A stretch of DNA of 64,000 bases from the NCBI GenBank assembly GCA_038087875.1, contig CM075995.1, positions 10,852,001 through 10,916,000 on the forward strand, given 5' to 3'. How positions within the stretch are numbered: the first letter of the stretch is position 1; each line of letters opens with the position of its first letter. Both the position numbers and the translations under genes were made by a program. Below the pieces are notes generated by a model, which saw only the letters and a program-made list of their open reading frames with translations, did no database searches and was not told the origin of the DNA. Of the stretch, positions 49,908 to 62,800 are shown piece by piece. The stretch is from Malacoraja senta. Its lineage: Eukaryota.

Positions 49908-50510
49908 CATAGAAACATAGAAAATAGGTGCAGGAGGAGGCCATTCAGCCCTTTGAGCCAGCACCGCCATTCATTGTGATCATGGCTGATCGTCCCCTAT
50001 CAATAACCCGTGCCTGCCTTCTCCCCATATCCCTTGACTCCACTAGCCACTAGAGCTCTATCTAACTCTCTCTTAAATCCATCCAGTGATTTGGCCTCCA
50101 CTGCCCTCTGTGGCTGGGAATTCCATAAATTCACAACTCTCTGGGTGAAAAAGGGTTTTCTCACCTCAGTCTTAAATGACCTCCCCTTTATTCTAAGACT
50201 GTGGCCCCTGGTTCTGGACTCGCCCAACATTGGGAACATTGTTCCTGCATCTAGCTTGTCCAGTCCTTTTATAATTTTATATGTTTCTGTAAGATCACCC
50301 CTCATCCTTCTAAACTCCAGTGAATACAAGCCTAGTCTTTTCAATCTTTCCTCATATGACAGTCCCGCCATCCCAGGGATCAATCTCGTGAACCTACGCC
50401 GCACTGCCTCAATCACAAGGATGTCCTTCCTCAAATTAGGAGAACAAAACTGTACACAATACTCCAGATGTGGTCTCACCAGAGCCCTATACAACTGCAG
50501 AAGAACCTCT
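49908..50510 (-). mobile_element. CR1 3' fragment
   Basis: RPHLEYCVQF...GEKAGTGY; TTTCTATG tail. Confidence 0.92.
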
Positions 50511-51454
50511 ATATATATCAAATATAATGCTGTCGATGTGAAGCCTTTAATGGTCCCCATTCAGCCTCATTCACTGCTGTTAGAAATATCCTAATGAAGC
50601 ATTAACCACCATTCAAATTTGCGGTTAACCGCCTCTTTCTGTTGCTATTAAATTCCAATTAAATATTGGAATTTATGGGAACGGACAATTTCCCAATAAA
50701 ACAATTGTCCTCTCATTTCCTGTCCTTTAGCATTTGTACCTTATATTAATCCATTGTCATATGTGACTAACTGCTGAAGTTCTCAATCCTGTTCTGCAAT
50801 CGAAGAGAGGAGCTCTCCCAATAAATGAGCTCTCAGGTTATTTGAAGTGAAGAGACAAAGATTTGGGGTTGTATTCAAGTGTTTATTCTCCAAGTATGGC
50901 CGAATACATGGGGTAGGATGACTGGGAATTTTCAGCCTCCTGCTGCGTGTGAAGCCCTAACACTAATAAAAGTCGTAGCCTAGTAGTTTGCAAGTGTTAA
51001 CTGGCAGAATTTACAGACCAATCATGATTGAATCCAAGTCTAGATTGGAAGGTGAAAGCAAGACTGACTGAGCCAGAGGAGCAAAATGTATTTGCTGGAT
51101 GAAGGGACAGTGTGGAGGGCCGTGAGATTACAGAGCTAAGAAATGACAATGGGGATTGGGGAAAGCTCAGCTCGCCCCAGTGGCGGCTGACTGCCAGAAA
51201 CTGTGCTCTGTCCCTTTGTTACTGAATGTTTGGTGTTTCTGTTTTCCACTCTGCACACATGGATGGTTCAATGACCATCACATTTCCTTCCTGTTTGGGT
51301 GTCCCAGGATATTGGGAGAATTACAAGAGGAGGGTAAAGATCTGTCCGGCCCAGCATACTTATGCAAACATAAAGGGATCTCACCGGTGCCTCCACTTCC
51401 ATAGAAGATAGAGCTAATTTGATACGTCAATTAATTATCTCTTGAACTTTTACA

Positions 51455-51955
51455 GGTGAATGGTAAAAAAGCATATTGACTGGTTGTATCACGGCCTGCT
51501 TCCGCAACTCGAATACTCATGAATTAAGGAGATTGCAGACAGTGGTAGACATTACCAGGTGTATCACAGGTACTGACCTCCCCACCATTGAAGGGATCGG
51601 GAGGAACTGCCTCAAAATGAGAACTAACCTCAAACATCACACTACCCTGGCCATGGTCCCATTTCATCCTACCATCGGGAAGAAGGTATAGGAGTCTGAA
51701 AACAGTCACAAGTTTTAAGATGTTTGTTCCCAATTCCATCAGGTTCTTGAACACTACACAATGCTAACCCCAACTATGAACGTCTTTGGTTGCACTGAGG
51801 ACTTCAGGGTTTTTGCATTAGTATTGTGGTTATTGCTTTATTGAACTTTTATTGATTATATATTATCTATGTGCATTGCATTTACAAGTCTGTTATGCTG
51901 CAGCAAGTAAGAATTTCATTGTGCCGTTGTTGACAACTAAACACTCGAGTATTGA
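51455..51955 (+). mobile_element. Rex/Babar-like 3' fragment
   Basis: ILTGCITACF..LRRLQTVV..ITGTDLPTIE; 3' agtaagaatttcattgt...gacaactaaacactc. Confidence 0.6.
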
Positions 51956-51964
51956 CACAGATCA

Positions 51965-52232
51965 ATTTAATTTAGTTTAGAGATAGAGAGCGGAAACAGA
52001 CCCTTCGGCCCACCGAGTCCGCGACGAACAGCGCACTAACACGCACTAACACTATCCTACACACACTAGGGACAAATTACAATTATACCAAGCCAATTAA
52101 CCTACAAGCCTGTACAAACCCACGCAGATCACGGGAGAATGTACAAACTCCGTACAGACAGCACCCGTAGTCAGGATCGAACCCAGCTCTCTGGCACTGT
52201 AAGGCAGCAACTTTACCGCTGCGCCACCATGC
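51965..52232 (-). mobile_element. HE1-like tRNA-derived V-SINE
   Basis: A box TGGCGCAGCGG, B box GGTTCGATCC, gagtttgtacattctcccgtg core, CR1-like tail. Confidence 0.85.
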
Positions 52233-52234
52233 CA

Positions 52235-53620
52235 TCAGGTATGGGCAGATAAATGACAGATAGAGTTTGATCCGAGAAGTGTAAGGTCAATTGTAAGGTG
52301 AAGTATATAGTTAATGGCACTGATGAACAGAGAAGTTTTGGTGTCCATGACAGCATAATCCCCTCCAATTGTATTACCAAACTCAAGGAACTGAGTCTGC
52401 TCATCTCAATGCAACCGGGCCAGTCTAACAAGAGCAGGACCTACATCGTGAATGGGAGGGCTCCAGGCAGTGTTGTCAACCAGAGGAATCTAGGAGCGGT
52501 GGTACATAATTCCTTAAATGTGGCAACACAGGGTAGATGGAGTGGTCAAGAAGGCTTTTGGCACATTGGCCTTCATCAGAGTATTGAGTTTCGAAGATTG
52601 AAGGTCATGTTACAATCCTGTAAGACATTGATGAGGCCACATTTGGAGTGTTGTTTTCAGATTTGGTCATCATGTTATAGGAAAGATGTCAAACTTGAAA
52701 GATTGCAGAGACGTTTTACAAGGATGTTGCCAGGACATCCTGAGGGCCTGAGCTATAGAGAGTGGTTGAGAAGGCTAAGACTTTATCCTTTGGAGCGCAG
52801 GAGGACGAGGGGTGATTTTAAAGTGGTGTACAAGATCATGAGAGGAATAGATTGGGGAATAGTATGGTCTTTTGCCCAGAGTAGGGGAATCAAGAACCAG
52901 AGGACGTAGGTTTAAGGTGAGGGTAGAAAGATTTAATAGGAACCTGAGGGGTAACTTTTTTTTTTACACACAGGGTGGTATCTATATGGAATGAGCTGGT
53001 AGAGGAGGCAGTTAAGCCAAGTACTATCATAATGTTCAAGAGACACTTGGACAATTCCATGGATATAATATGTTTAGAGGGTTATAGGCCAAGGTGGACC
53101 AAAGGGTCTGTTTTCACAATGTATGACACTAAGACTCTATGCCCATAGCACCCTGAAAGCTACAATGCAAATGGAAAGAGGGGTAACGAAGCAGTACATT
53201 AAGCTTCCATTCATCTGTCTGGCCATTGAGGATAAGAGTCAAGAGGTCATGTTGCATCTTCATAGGACATTGGTAAGTCGCATTTGGAGTATTGCGTGCA
53301 GTTCTGATTGCCCCATAGCAGGGTATATGTGAAGGCTTTGGGCAGAGGTTTACCAGGACGCTGCCTAGGTTAGACAGTATTAGCTGTAAGGAGGGCTTCG
53401 ACAAATTTGTATTATTTGCTCTGGTGCGGAGGTTTAGGGGAGACCTGATAGAAGCATATAAATTTATAGAGTGGAGAATCAAAACTTTGTCTGGGGTGGA
53501 AATGTCAAATACTCGAGGACATAACTATAAGGTAAGAGGAGGAAAGTTTAAATGAGATGTCCAGATCAAGTTTTTTGCATACACAATGTGGGCGAAAGGC
53601 CCTGTTCCTGTGCTTTACTG
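52235..53620 (+). mobile_element. Two degenerate CR1 3' fragments
   Basis: RPHLECCFQIWS, ERLQRRFTRMLPG and related motifs. Confidence 0.75.
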
Positions 53621-53844
53621 TTGTTTGCGCAATAGTGAGCGCTCCAACACACCGACTGGCAGTTAGTGTCTCCATGCCAGTAACAGCAAATGGATGTGTG
53701 ATGGAAAGTGCGAAGCACCAACATGATTAATCAGTATTTGCTGAACTGATAAAATCTGCAACAAATGTGACAAGGAGCCGATTTAGGCACTCAGTCCCGT
53801 GGGAATTAATGACAAATCCTTTGTCACATTTGTATAGTTGGGAT

Positions 53845-54066
53845 TAGAGATACAGTGTAGAAACAGGCCCTTCAGCCCACCGCATCCGATCCCCGCATAC
53901 TAACCCGATACTACACACTAGGGACAATTTACAATTTTTACCGAAGCCTGTTAACCTACAAATGTGAAGGCCTTTGGAGTGTGGGAAGAAACTGGAGCAT
54001 CCGGAGAAAACCCACGCGGTCACGGGGAGAACGCTGTAAGGCAGCAAATCTACCACTGAACCACCC
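53845..54066 (-). mobile_element. HE1-like V-SINE, internally deleted
   Basis: gctgccttacagcg...cgtgggttttctccggatgctccagtttcttcccacactcc. Confidence 0.8.
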
Positions 54067-54190
54067 CTAAAGTATGTCTGCAAATATGGTTTCATACAGT
54101 TTTAACCAAGCTATTTATTTTCTTTTATTTATAGGCAATACAAAGCTGCATAATGTTATAATCTAGATTTGGAGACAAATTAACAGTTAC

Positions 54191-55899
54191 ATCAATTCCT
54201 GACACTTGTGCAGCCCGGGTCCCAGCTGTTGGAGTCCTTCATACTGAATGTTGCAGCTCTGTAGATTGAGGTGTTTTATTGCTTCACAGAATCCAATGAC
54301 ATGAGACAGGACTACACAGTCAATGGGGGTTAGTCGTAATCCACTGAACGAAAGGGTTTCCACAGATCCCAGTGCAGATCGTGTCAATTCGCTATTCTGA
54401 GACTCAAACAGGTAATGTATTCCGGAGCCTCCTTTTACCAGCTCCACTCCCTGAGTTTCCAATCTGATGTTCTACCTCATCCTTTACCCAGTCAATCACT
54501 CTGCAGATTGTTTGATGACAAAATGGACCCAACAACTTCCCCAGGCTTTGAGCTGACCCTGGAGAAGAGAGACCAGTGACAAAGCGGAGAAACACCTCAA
54601 ATCGCCCATCATCCTCGCTGTGAGCTTCAGTGAGGAGTTTCACAAGATCCCCGGGATCTGGAGACAGAAATTGTGCGAGTGCGGCTGCAAACCCTTGGAT
54701 GGTGAGGTGCGGGAAAGTGTACACCACACTCCGGGCAGAATCCTCTCTTTCCAACAGTTCCATCAAGAACCCAGACAGGAACTGGGATGGCTGCAGATTG
54801 TTCTTGATCAAATCCTCCTCTGTAAACACAATGGTCTTCTCAGACACTCCTGTGAAGGCCATCTGACCAACCCTCAGTAACACTTCACGGGGGTTGTCAA
54901 TCTCACGGACATGGTTTTGCAGGATGTTGAATATATAATGGGAATATAGTTGGGTGATGGTCTTGGGAACTCGTTTCAGGTCCCGTTGTCTTTGTGTGAA
55001 GAAGGGGCCCAGTGCCAGACCAAGGATCCAGCAGTAGGAGGGGTATAGCTCATGGTGTAAAGGATCTCGTTCTCCTTCACATGTTTGAAAACAGATGCTG
55101 CCACTGTCTGATCTTCAAAAAACATGGTGAAATATTTATTCCGTTCCTCACCAACAAATCCCAGGATTTCAGCCCAGATATTGATTTCTGCTTTTTCCAA
55201 TTGAAGCAACGCAGTGGGGCGGGTGGTCATGAGCACTGAACACCCTGGGAGCAGCTTGTACACAATGTCAGACACTTCACACCACCATTCGGGATCTGTG
55301 CACTTGTGCCGAGGTTCTGTGTCTCTCCGACTGTCAGCAAAATCAATTCTATCTTTGTATTCATCCAACCCATCGAATATAAACAGCAATACCTTTGGGT
55401 TCTTCCAGACCTCTCGCAGAATATTTTGGAGGTAAGGATATTGATCGATAATCAGTTCCCTCAGGTTTGTTCTACAGTTAATGGTATTCAAATCCCGGAA
55501 TTTGAAACTAAAGACAAATTGGAAGTGTTGGTGTATTTTCCCCGTGGCCCAGTCATAAACAATTTTTTGTACCATTGTCGTTTTTCCAATGCCTGGCACG
55601 CCGGCCACTGCTGCCGAACACCCAGATCTGGATTTACTCTGGGAAAAGCAGCTCTGGAATAATTGATTAGTCTGAATTTGTTTTAGTTTTCCCTGGAGAT
55701 GCATCTTTCTCCACTCCTCATGGTCCTGACCTCTTGCCAGCAGCTCATGTTCCATTAGTCTCCGATCTCGAAGAGTAGAAATGATAGTCAGATCAGCGTA
55801 TCGATCAACAAGCTGGAAAACCTTAACCTTCTCCCTCATCAGGATTGTACTCACTTTCAGTTTGGGCCTGCAGAGTCTGCTTATGCTTCTGTTGAACAT
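54191..55899 (-). pseudogene. NLR NACHT exon
   Basis: Walker A GVPGIGKTT, Walker B LFIFDGLDE, VLMTTRP, YTFPHLTIQ, FEVFLRF, YLFESQN; frameshifts at about 55858, 55044 and 54415. Confidence 0.95.
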
Positions 55900-56072
55900 C
55901 TTCAATGGGAAGAAGACAGTTTGCAGAGTTAGTTTCATGATGTAAGTAAAAACAATATTAGGTGCACTCTCTTTTTGCTATTCTTTCAATTGTGCTCCAT
56001 TCCTTTTAAAAGTGGAACTGGAGTACAGAAATTAATCCACCCCTGAAAAGCCAGCAACCTTTATATATGTGG

Positions 56073-56190
56073 AACATAGAAACATAGAAACATAGAAATT
56101 AGGTGCAGGAGTAGGCCATTCGGCCCTTCGAGCCTGCACCGCCATTCAATATGATCATGGCTGAACAATATGATCATGGCTGATCAATAT
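56073..56190 (-). mobile_element. CR1 3' tail only
   Basis: (catagaaa)n followed by ggtgcaggagtaggccattcggccc. Confidence 0.85.
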
Positions 56191-56610
56191 GAACAGTGTG
56201 CAAACATTTGTATTGATCGAGGTAATTTTGGACAAGAAGAATACTGGGCAAGTTTTCAATATGTGTAACCCAAGAGATTACATACTGGGGAAGTATGAAG
56301 CCCACATAATAAAGGCAACTTAATGGTCACGATAAACAATGCGATAAATAGATTTAGGAAGTGCTTAGATTGCAAGACATAGCCAGCTGGAGGAAAGATA
56401 CACATAGGATGTCGTGAACCTGGTTGAGGAAAATAAAAGCGATCTGGAGGCGTTCATTTATTGCGCCCATTTGTCTTACAAAACGGAGGACAGTTTTCTA
56501 AATAACTGGGAAAATATGGTTAAAAATGAAACAAGGATGAAAGACTATAAAGAAACATTAATCACTGATGAATTATTTGAAAAATGTAAAATCCGTATAT
56601 AACCACTATG

Positions 56611-56719
56611 TCACCGGGTATAAAAAGGATGAGTCATTGAACCAATTTGGGTTCTTATAGTATTCTCACCGGGTATAAAAAGGATGAGTCATTGAACCAA
56701 TTTGGGTTCTTATAGTATT
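56611..56719. repeat. Perfect 55-bp tandem duplication
   Basis: tcaccgggtataaaaaggatgagtcattgaaccaatttgggttcttatagtatt twice. Confidence 0.95.
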
Positions 56720-57551
56720 TTGCAGTATATATAATTAAGGCTTCAGTAAGTCGACTTGTTTGAGATACAAAGCACTGCTCTATGAGATGTTCTTTGTGTC
56801 TGTCCTATTCTAAGCCACAATTAAGAGGACAACTGGGCCCACATGGAAGCCAAATTCAGAGTACACAATTCTCCCCAACCACATGAACTGTAATAATTCC
56901 AGTGATCTCTCTTCTTTGCAACTCACATTTAAAATCACAGGATCTTATCATGAGATGTGCTGATGGCCCATGTTGCAAGGAATCATAAGATTTCCATCCT
57001 TCTTTCACACATTCTGTTAATCACTTGCAAGAATGAATTGGACTTCAAATATCAATTAGATTTCAGGCAATACAGAATTGGACAGGAATCAGACCACATC
57101 AATTTGGCTGGGACTGATTATCTCTCCTCCTTTCTGCATTCAGTCTGCGAATAGACAAGATTCTCACTGTAGTCTTATCAGTGCTAGGACCGATTATTTC
57201 TTGGATTGTGCATACTAAGTGAAATTTAAACCCAATCTAGTTATATAGTGCAGTGACAGATTGTACATTGACTGTGTTCACTGCATGTGGACAGGTTTTT
57301 CAATGTAGTGCTTTCATGATAGCACTTTCATGATGAGTCGGAAAATTCTCATATCAGTGCAAGGACAACCTATTAATGGGTTGTTGGAAAGGTGGGAATC
57401 TCACTGTGGCTAATCAGTGCAGGGCCAGGTTATCTGTTGGTCCACATTTACTGGGAATTGACACGGATATCAATATAACTACACCTCTACTGGTGAATTC
57501 TATATTGGATTGTATTGTAGTTATATCAGTGCTAGGACGCATTATACTTTG

Positions 57552-58781
57552 AATAAGCGAGTGTGGTATTCCAAAAAAATGCAAGGAATCATGGGATTTT
57601 TCAAAGGTCAAATGTTATAATGAAAAATCAGACGAAGCGCTGTTTGGGTCCGGTTTTTTGGTCTTTTTTCAAGCTTGTATTTGTCAGGGGGCAGATGCGA
57701 GTGGGAGACAGAGTGGGGAGATTGGACCAGTGGAGAGACATTCTCGGCAGCTGCACTCACACAGACTCGCCCCATCCCCCCCACTTGCGTGTCCCATACC
57801 CGTCCGAACCGACAGGACAACGGCCCCCAGGCCCACGACCAGTGCAAAGAAGCGCCAACCCCAGCTCCACTCCGCCTCTCCCGCCGGGCCAACCGACAGC
57901 CCCGGACCGACGACATTAACAGCCCCAGGCCCACAGTCAGCGCGGAGAACCCACAAGCCCACAGCCAGCGCCAACTCCAGCACAATCCCGCTCCAACTCC
58001 AGAGGAACCTGCTCCCCGGTGGGCCGCTATGGTGACAAGTGCCAGTTCGCCCATGGCCTGGCTGAGCCTCAGCCGCCACCCGAAGTACAAGACGGAGCCG
58101 TGACGCACTTTCCACGCCACCAGCTTCTGCCCCTACGTTACACGCTGCCACTTCATCCACAACCCCGAGGAGGAGCGAGGGCCCCGGCCTCGCCTGCGTG
58201 CCAGCCTCGGCTCGGCCTCCTCCGGCCCGGCGCTCGACTGGGCTTGGGGCTGGGCAAGGGACGGGGAGGAGGTTGCTGCTGCCGTGAGCACCACCATCAC
58301 TAACAGCACCAGCAGGCGCCCGGCCTGCCCATGGCCGTAAGTTGCCCATCCGCAGACTCTTTCTCTGACCAGGACGACTCCAGGAGCAGCGGCTCCGAGT
58401 AGCCCGTCTTAGAGCAGGGCCGGCGGCAGCTCATCTTCAGCAGGATCTCGGTGTCAGATTGAGGGGAGGGGGTGGAGGTGGAGGGCTCCCGGCCAACCCT
58501 GCGGGACAGGCAGAGCTGAGCTGGAGCCAGCGGCTGTAGTGCCGGCGGCAAGTCCGGGGCCGTCCCGCCAGCCCATGGCCACCCCGGACAGGGACGGGAC
58601 ACCCGGGAGGGGACGAGGACGGGGACAAGCCAACAGCAATTCAACAGCAGCCGGCGACCCAGGCCCGAACCCGGAAGAAACGCAAGGCTGCATACAACGC
58701 AGCACCACCGTTGCCGAGACTTTTTATAGCAAGTGACCTATGACCTGGGCATGGGCAGTCGGAATACCAAACTCGCTTATT
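57552..58781. mobile_element. Inverted-repeat-bounded element carrying a ZFP36-family fragment
   Basis: AATAAGCGAGTGTGGTATTCC (57552-57572) versus GGAATACCAAACTCGCTTATT (58761-58781), 20/21 inverted match. Confidence 0.75.
57735..58462 (+). pseudogene. ZFP36/TTP-family tandem CCCH zinc-finger pseudogene fragment
   Basis: [48 protein letters not shown]-terminal RRQL-IFSRISVSD*. First half of finger 1 deleted; frameshifts and stops. Confidence 0.88.
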
Positions 58782-59419
58782 GTGTTCACTGAGATAAGAA
58801 TCTGACAAGACTTATCAGTGTGGGCATACATTAGCTTTAGGATTTTGTGTACTGACAGACTGAGTGAATTTCCTGGAAGTAAATTGTGGGGGCAGGAATT
58901 CCTTCACGGTTTGATCTCAGTGTGAGTAGACAAGCGGAGACATGATGTAATCTTGAGCATTGGTTGCCACTGACTAACTAAACAGTCCACTATCTATGTA
59001 CAGTGCAATGTCATTTGGTTTGTAGAATGAACTACAAGAAAGTACAACAAAATCACAGAAAGTTCTCAGTGCAAAAAGAGACTGGTGCACTTTGTGAATT
59101 TGTTGAGCCTTTTGAATTACTTGAGTAAGAACAATCCACCAGGTCCCATTCCTCGCAATGCACCACATTATTTCCAGCTACCAGTGAATCTGCGGCTCCT
59201 GCACACCGCGGTGCATTGCGAACTTCAATATTCGCTACATAAGCGTTATTTTGGTCAGGTCATGCTGATTCCTTTGCCAATCACTTCCAGTTTCTGACCG
59301 CCTTACTCTATCACCCGGCTGGTAGGTTTTGTTTTCCTGTTGATCCATTCGGTACAGACCTGTCATGAATTAATATATTTTGCTCAGATTCCCCCGCAGC
59401 TTCTGTTCTCGTTGACAAG

Positions 59420-59896
59420 TTATAGGAGTATAATTAGGCCATTCGGCCCATCGAGTCTATTCAATCATGGCTGATCTCTGCCTCCTAATCCCATATTCCT
59501 GCCTTCTCCCCACAACCCTTGGCACCCATTTTTATCAAGAATTTGTCTATCACTGCCTTAAAAATATTCACTGACCCGCTTTGGCATTGAAACCATAGAT
59601 TAACTACCCTCTGACTAAAGAAGTTCCTCCTCACTTCCATTCTGAAAGAGCACACATTAATTCTGAGGCTATGACCTCTGGTCCTAGACTCTGTCATCAG
59701 TGGAAACATCCTCTCCACATCCACTCTATATATGCCTTTCATTATTCTGTAAGTTTCAATGTGGTAGCCCCTTCTAAACTCCATCCAGTGGAGGCCCACT
59801 GCTGCCAAATGCTCAACATATGCTAACCCACTCATTCCTGGAATCATTCTTATAAACCTCCTATGGACCCTCTCCAGAGCCAGCACATCCTTCCAC
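59420..59896 (-). mobile_element. CR1 3' fragment
   Basis: KDVLALERVHRRFIRMIPG...GEKAGIWD. Confidence 0.85.
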
Positions 59897-62800
59897 AGGA
59901 GACACAAAATGCTGGAATAACTCAGCGGGACAGGCAGCATCTCTGGAGAGAAGGAATGGGTGATGTTTCGGGTCGGGATCCTTCTTTAGACTGATGTCAG
60001 GGGAGTGGGCGGGACAAAGATAAAGGACCAGTCGGGGACAGTAAGACTGGTGGGAGAACTGGGAAGGGGGAGGGGATGGAGAAAGAAAGCGAGGGCTATT
60101 TGAAGTTAGAGAAATCAATGTTCATACCGCTGGGGTGTAAACTACCCAAGCGAAATATGAGGTGCTGTTCCTCCAATTTGCACTGGGCCTCACTCTGACA
60201 ATGGAGGAGGCCCAGGACAGAAAGGTCAGATTGGGAATGGGAGGGGGATTTGAAGTGCTGAGCAACCAGGAGATCAGGAAAGTTAAGACGGTCTCGTCGA
60301 TGTAGGAAGTTGACACCTGGAACAGTGATACGGTAGATGAGATTGGAGGAGATGCAAGTGAATCTCTGCCTCACCTGGAAAGACTGTTTGGGTCCTTGGA
60401 TGGAGTTGAGGGGGGAGATAAAGGGACAGGTATTGCATCTCCTAAGGTTGCAGAAGAATGTACCTGGGGAGGGGGTGGTTTGGGTGAGAAGGGACGAGTT
60501 GACCAGGGAGTTTTGGAGGGAACGGCCTCTGTGGAAAGCAGAAAGGGGTGGAGATGGGAAGACGTGGCCAGTTGGAGGTGGCGAAAATGTTGGAGGATTA
60601 TATGCTGTATGTAATGGCTGATGGGGTGGAAGGTGACAAGGGGGACTCTGTCCTTGTTACGAATGGGGGGAGGGGGAGCAACAGCGGGACTGTGGGATAT
60701 CGAGGAGACCCCAGTGAGAGCCTCATCTATAATGGAAGAAGGGAACCCCCGTTTCCTAAAGAATGAGGACATCTCCGATGCCCTGGCATGGAAAACCTCA
60801 TCCTGGGCGCAGATGCGGCATGGACGGAGGAATTGGGAGTAGGACATAGAGTCTTTACAGGAAGCAGGGTAGGAAGAAGTATAGTCAAGATAGTTATGGG
60901 AGTCAGTAGTTTGTAGTCGATGTCGGTCAATAGTCTGTTTCCTGTGATGGACACGGTGAGATCTAGAAACGGTAGGGAGATGTCCTCATTCTTTAGGAAA
61001 CTGGGGTGAATTTGAGTGCTGGATGGAAATTGGTAATGAAGTTGATGAAGTCAGTGAGTTCTGCATGGGTGCAGGAGGTAGCATCAATGCAGTCGTCAAT
61101 GTAGCGGAGGTAGAGTTTGGGGATAGGGCCAGTGTAAGCCTGGAACAGTGATTGTACGATGTACCCTACAACAAGGCAGGCATAGCTGGGGCCTATGCTG
61201 GTGCCCATAGCTACGCCTTGGATTTGGAGGAAGTGGGAGGAGTCGAAGGGGAAGTTGTTGAGGGTGAGGACCAGCTCTGCTAGGCGGAGGAGATTATTGA
61301 TAGACAGAAATTGGCTGGCTCTGCGGCCGACGAAGAAACGGAGGGTTTTAAGACCCTCCTGGTAGGCGATGGAGGTGTAGAGTGACTGGACATCCATAGT
61401 AAAGATGAGAGAGTGGGGGCCTGGAACACGGAAGTCAATGAGGAGACAAAGAGCACATGAGGTGTCTTGTAGATAGGTAAGGAGGGATTGACCAGGGGGG
61501 ATAGGTTGGAAACGAGGTATGTAGAAATTAATTCGGTGGGGCATGAACAAGCACAACCAATGGGTCTGCCAAAACAGTTCTGTTTGTAGATTTTGGGGAG
61601 AAGATAAAATCGGGCCTTGCGGGGCTGGGGAACGATAAGGTTGGAGGCTGAAGTGATGAAATCAGTAATGGTGAGTGAGTTTAAGGCTTGGTGCTCATCT
61701 GTGGGGTCATGGTTCTAGGATAAGTAGGAGGAGGTGTCTGAGAGTTGTCGCCTGGCCTAAGTCCTGTGTCAGCTCGTCGGACTACCACGGCACCTCCCTT
61801 GTAGGCGGGTTTGATTGTCAAGTCGGGTTTGCTGCAGATGAGCGGAGGGCTGTACGTTCAAGGGGGGAGAGGTTAGAGTAAGTAAAGGGAGTGGTAAAGT
61901 TGAGACGGTTGATGTCCCGCCAGCAGTTAGAAACATAGAAAATAGGTGCAGGAGGCCATTCGGCCCTTCGAGCCAGCACCGCCATTCATTGTGATCATGG
62001 CTGATCTTCCCGTATCAATAACCCGTGCCTGCCTTCTCCCCATTTCCCTTGACTCCACTAGCCCCTACAGCTCTATCTAACTCTCTCTTAAATCGATCCA
62101 GTGATTTGGCCTCCACTGCCCTCTGTGGCAGGGAATTCCATAAATTCACAACTCTCAGGGTGAAAAAGTTTTTTCACACCTCCGTCTTAAATGATCTCCC
62201 CTTTATTCTAAGACTGGCCCCTGGTTCTGGACTCGCCCAACATTGGGAACATTGTTCCTGCATCTAGCTTGTCCAGTCCTTTTATAATTTATATGTTTCT
62301 ATAAGATTCCCCCTCATCCTTCTAAATTTCAGTGAATATAAGCCTAGTCTTTTCAATCTTTCCTCATATGACAGTCCCGCTATCCCAGGGATCAATCTCG
62401 TGAACCTACGCTGCACTGCCTCAATCACAAGGATGTCCTTCCTCAAATTAGGAGACCAAAACTGTTCACAATACTCCAGATGTGGTCTCACCAGAGCCCC
62501 ATACAAATGCAGAAGAACCTCTTTACTCCTAAACTGAAATCCTCTTGTTATGAAGGCCAACATTCCATTAGCTTTCTTCACTGCCTGCTGTACCTGCACA
62601 CCAACCTTCAGTGACCGGTGTACAAGGACACCCAGGTCTCACTGTACCTCCCCCTTACCTAACGTAACCACATTGAAATATTAATCTGCCCCCCTGTTTT
62701 GCCGCCAAAGTGGATAACCTCACATTTATCTATATTATACTGCATCTGCCACGCATCTGCCCACTCACTCAATCTGTCCAGGTCACCCTGCAACCTCCTA

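Larger units (their letters stand above)
32413..55899 (-). pseudogene. NACHT-LRR (NLRC3-like) innate immune receptor pseudogene, six recognisable exons; upstream exons not identified
   Basis: Exons 55899-54191 (NACHT), 49743-49657, 49512-49346 plus 38872-38869, 38084-37914, 32795-32628, 32500-32413; AG/GT splice sites with consistent phase; frameshifts and an L1 insertion. Confidence 0.92.

Noticed and set aside
53761..53833. 16-17-bp inverted repeat acaaatgtgacaagga
   Set aside because: Short, with no TSD or other supporting structure.
54976..55938. ORF start MKLTLQTVFFPLK as the NLR N-terminus
   Set aside because: It reads through intron sequence; the exon acceptor is at 55900-55901 and the frame shifts near 55858.
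57608..58349. Minus-strand ORFs of 170-221 aa
   Set aside because: Antisense shadows of the GC-rich ZFP36 relic.
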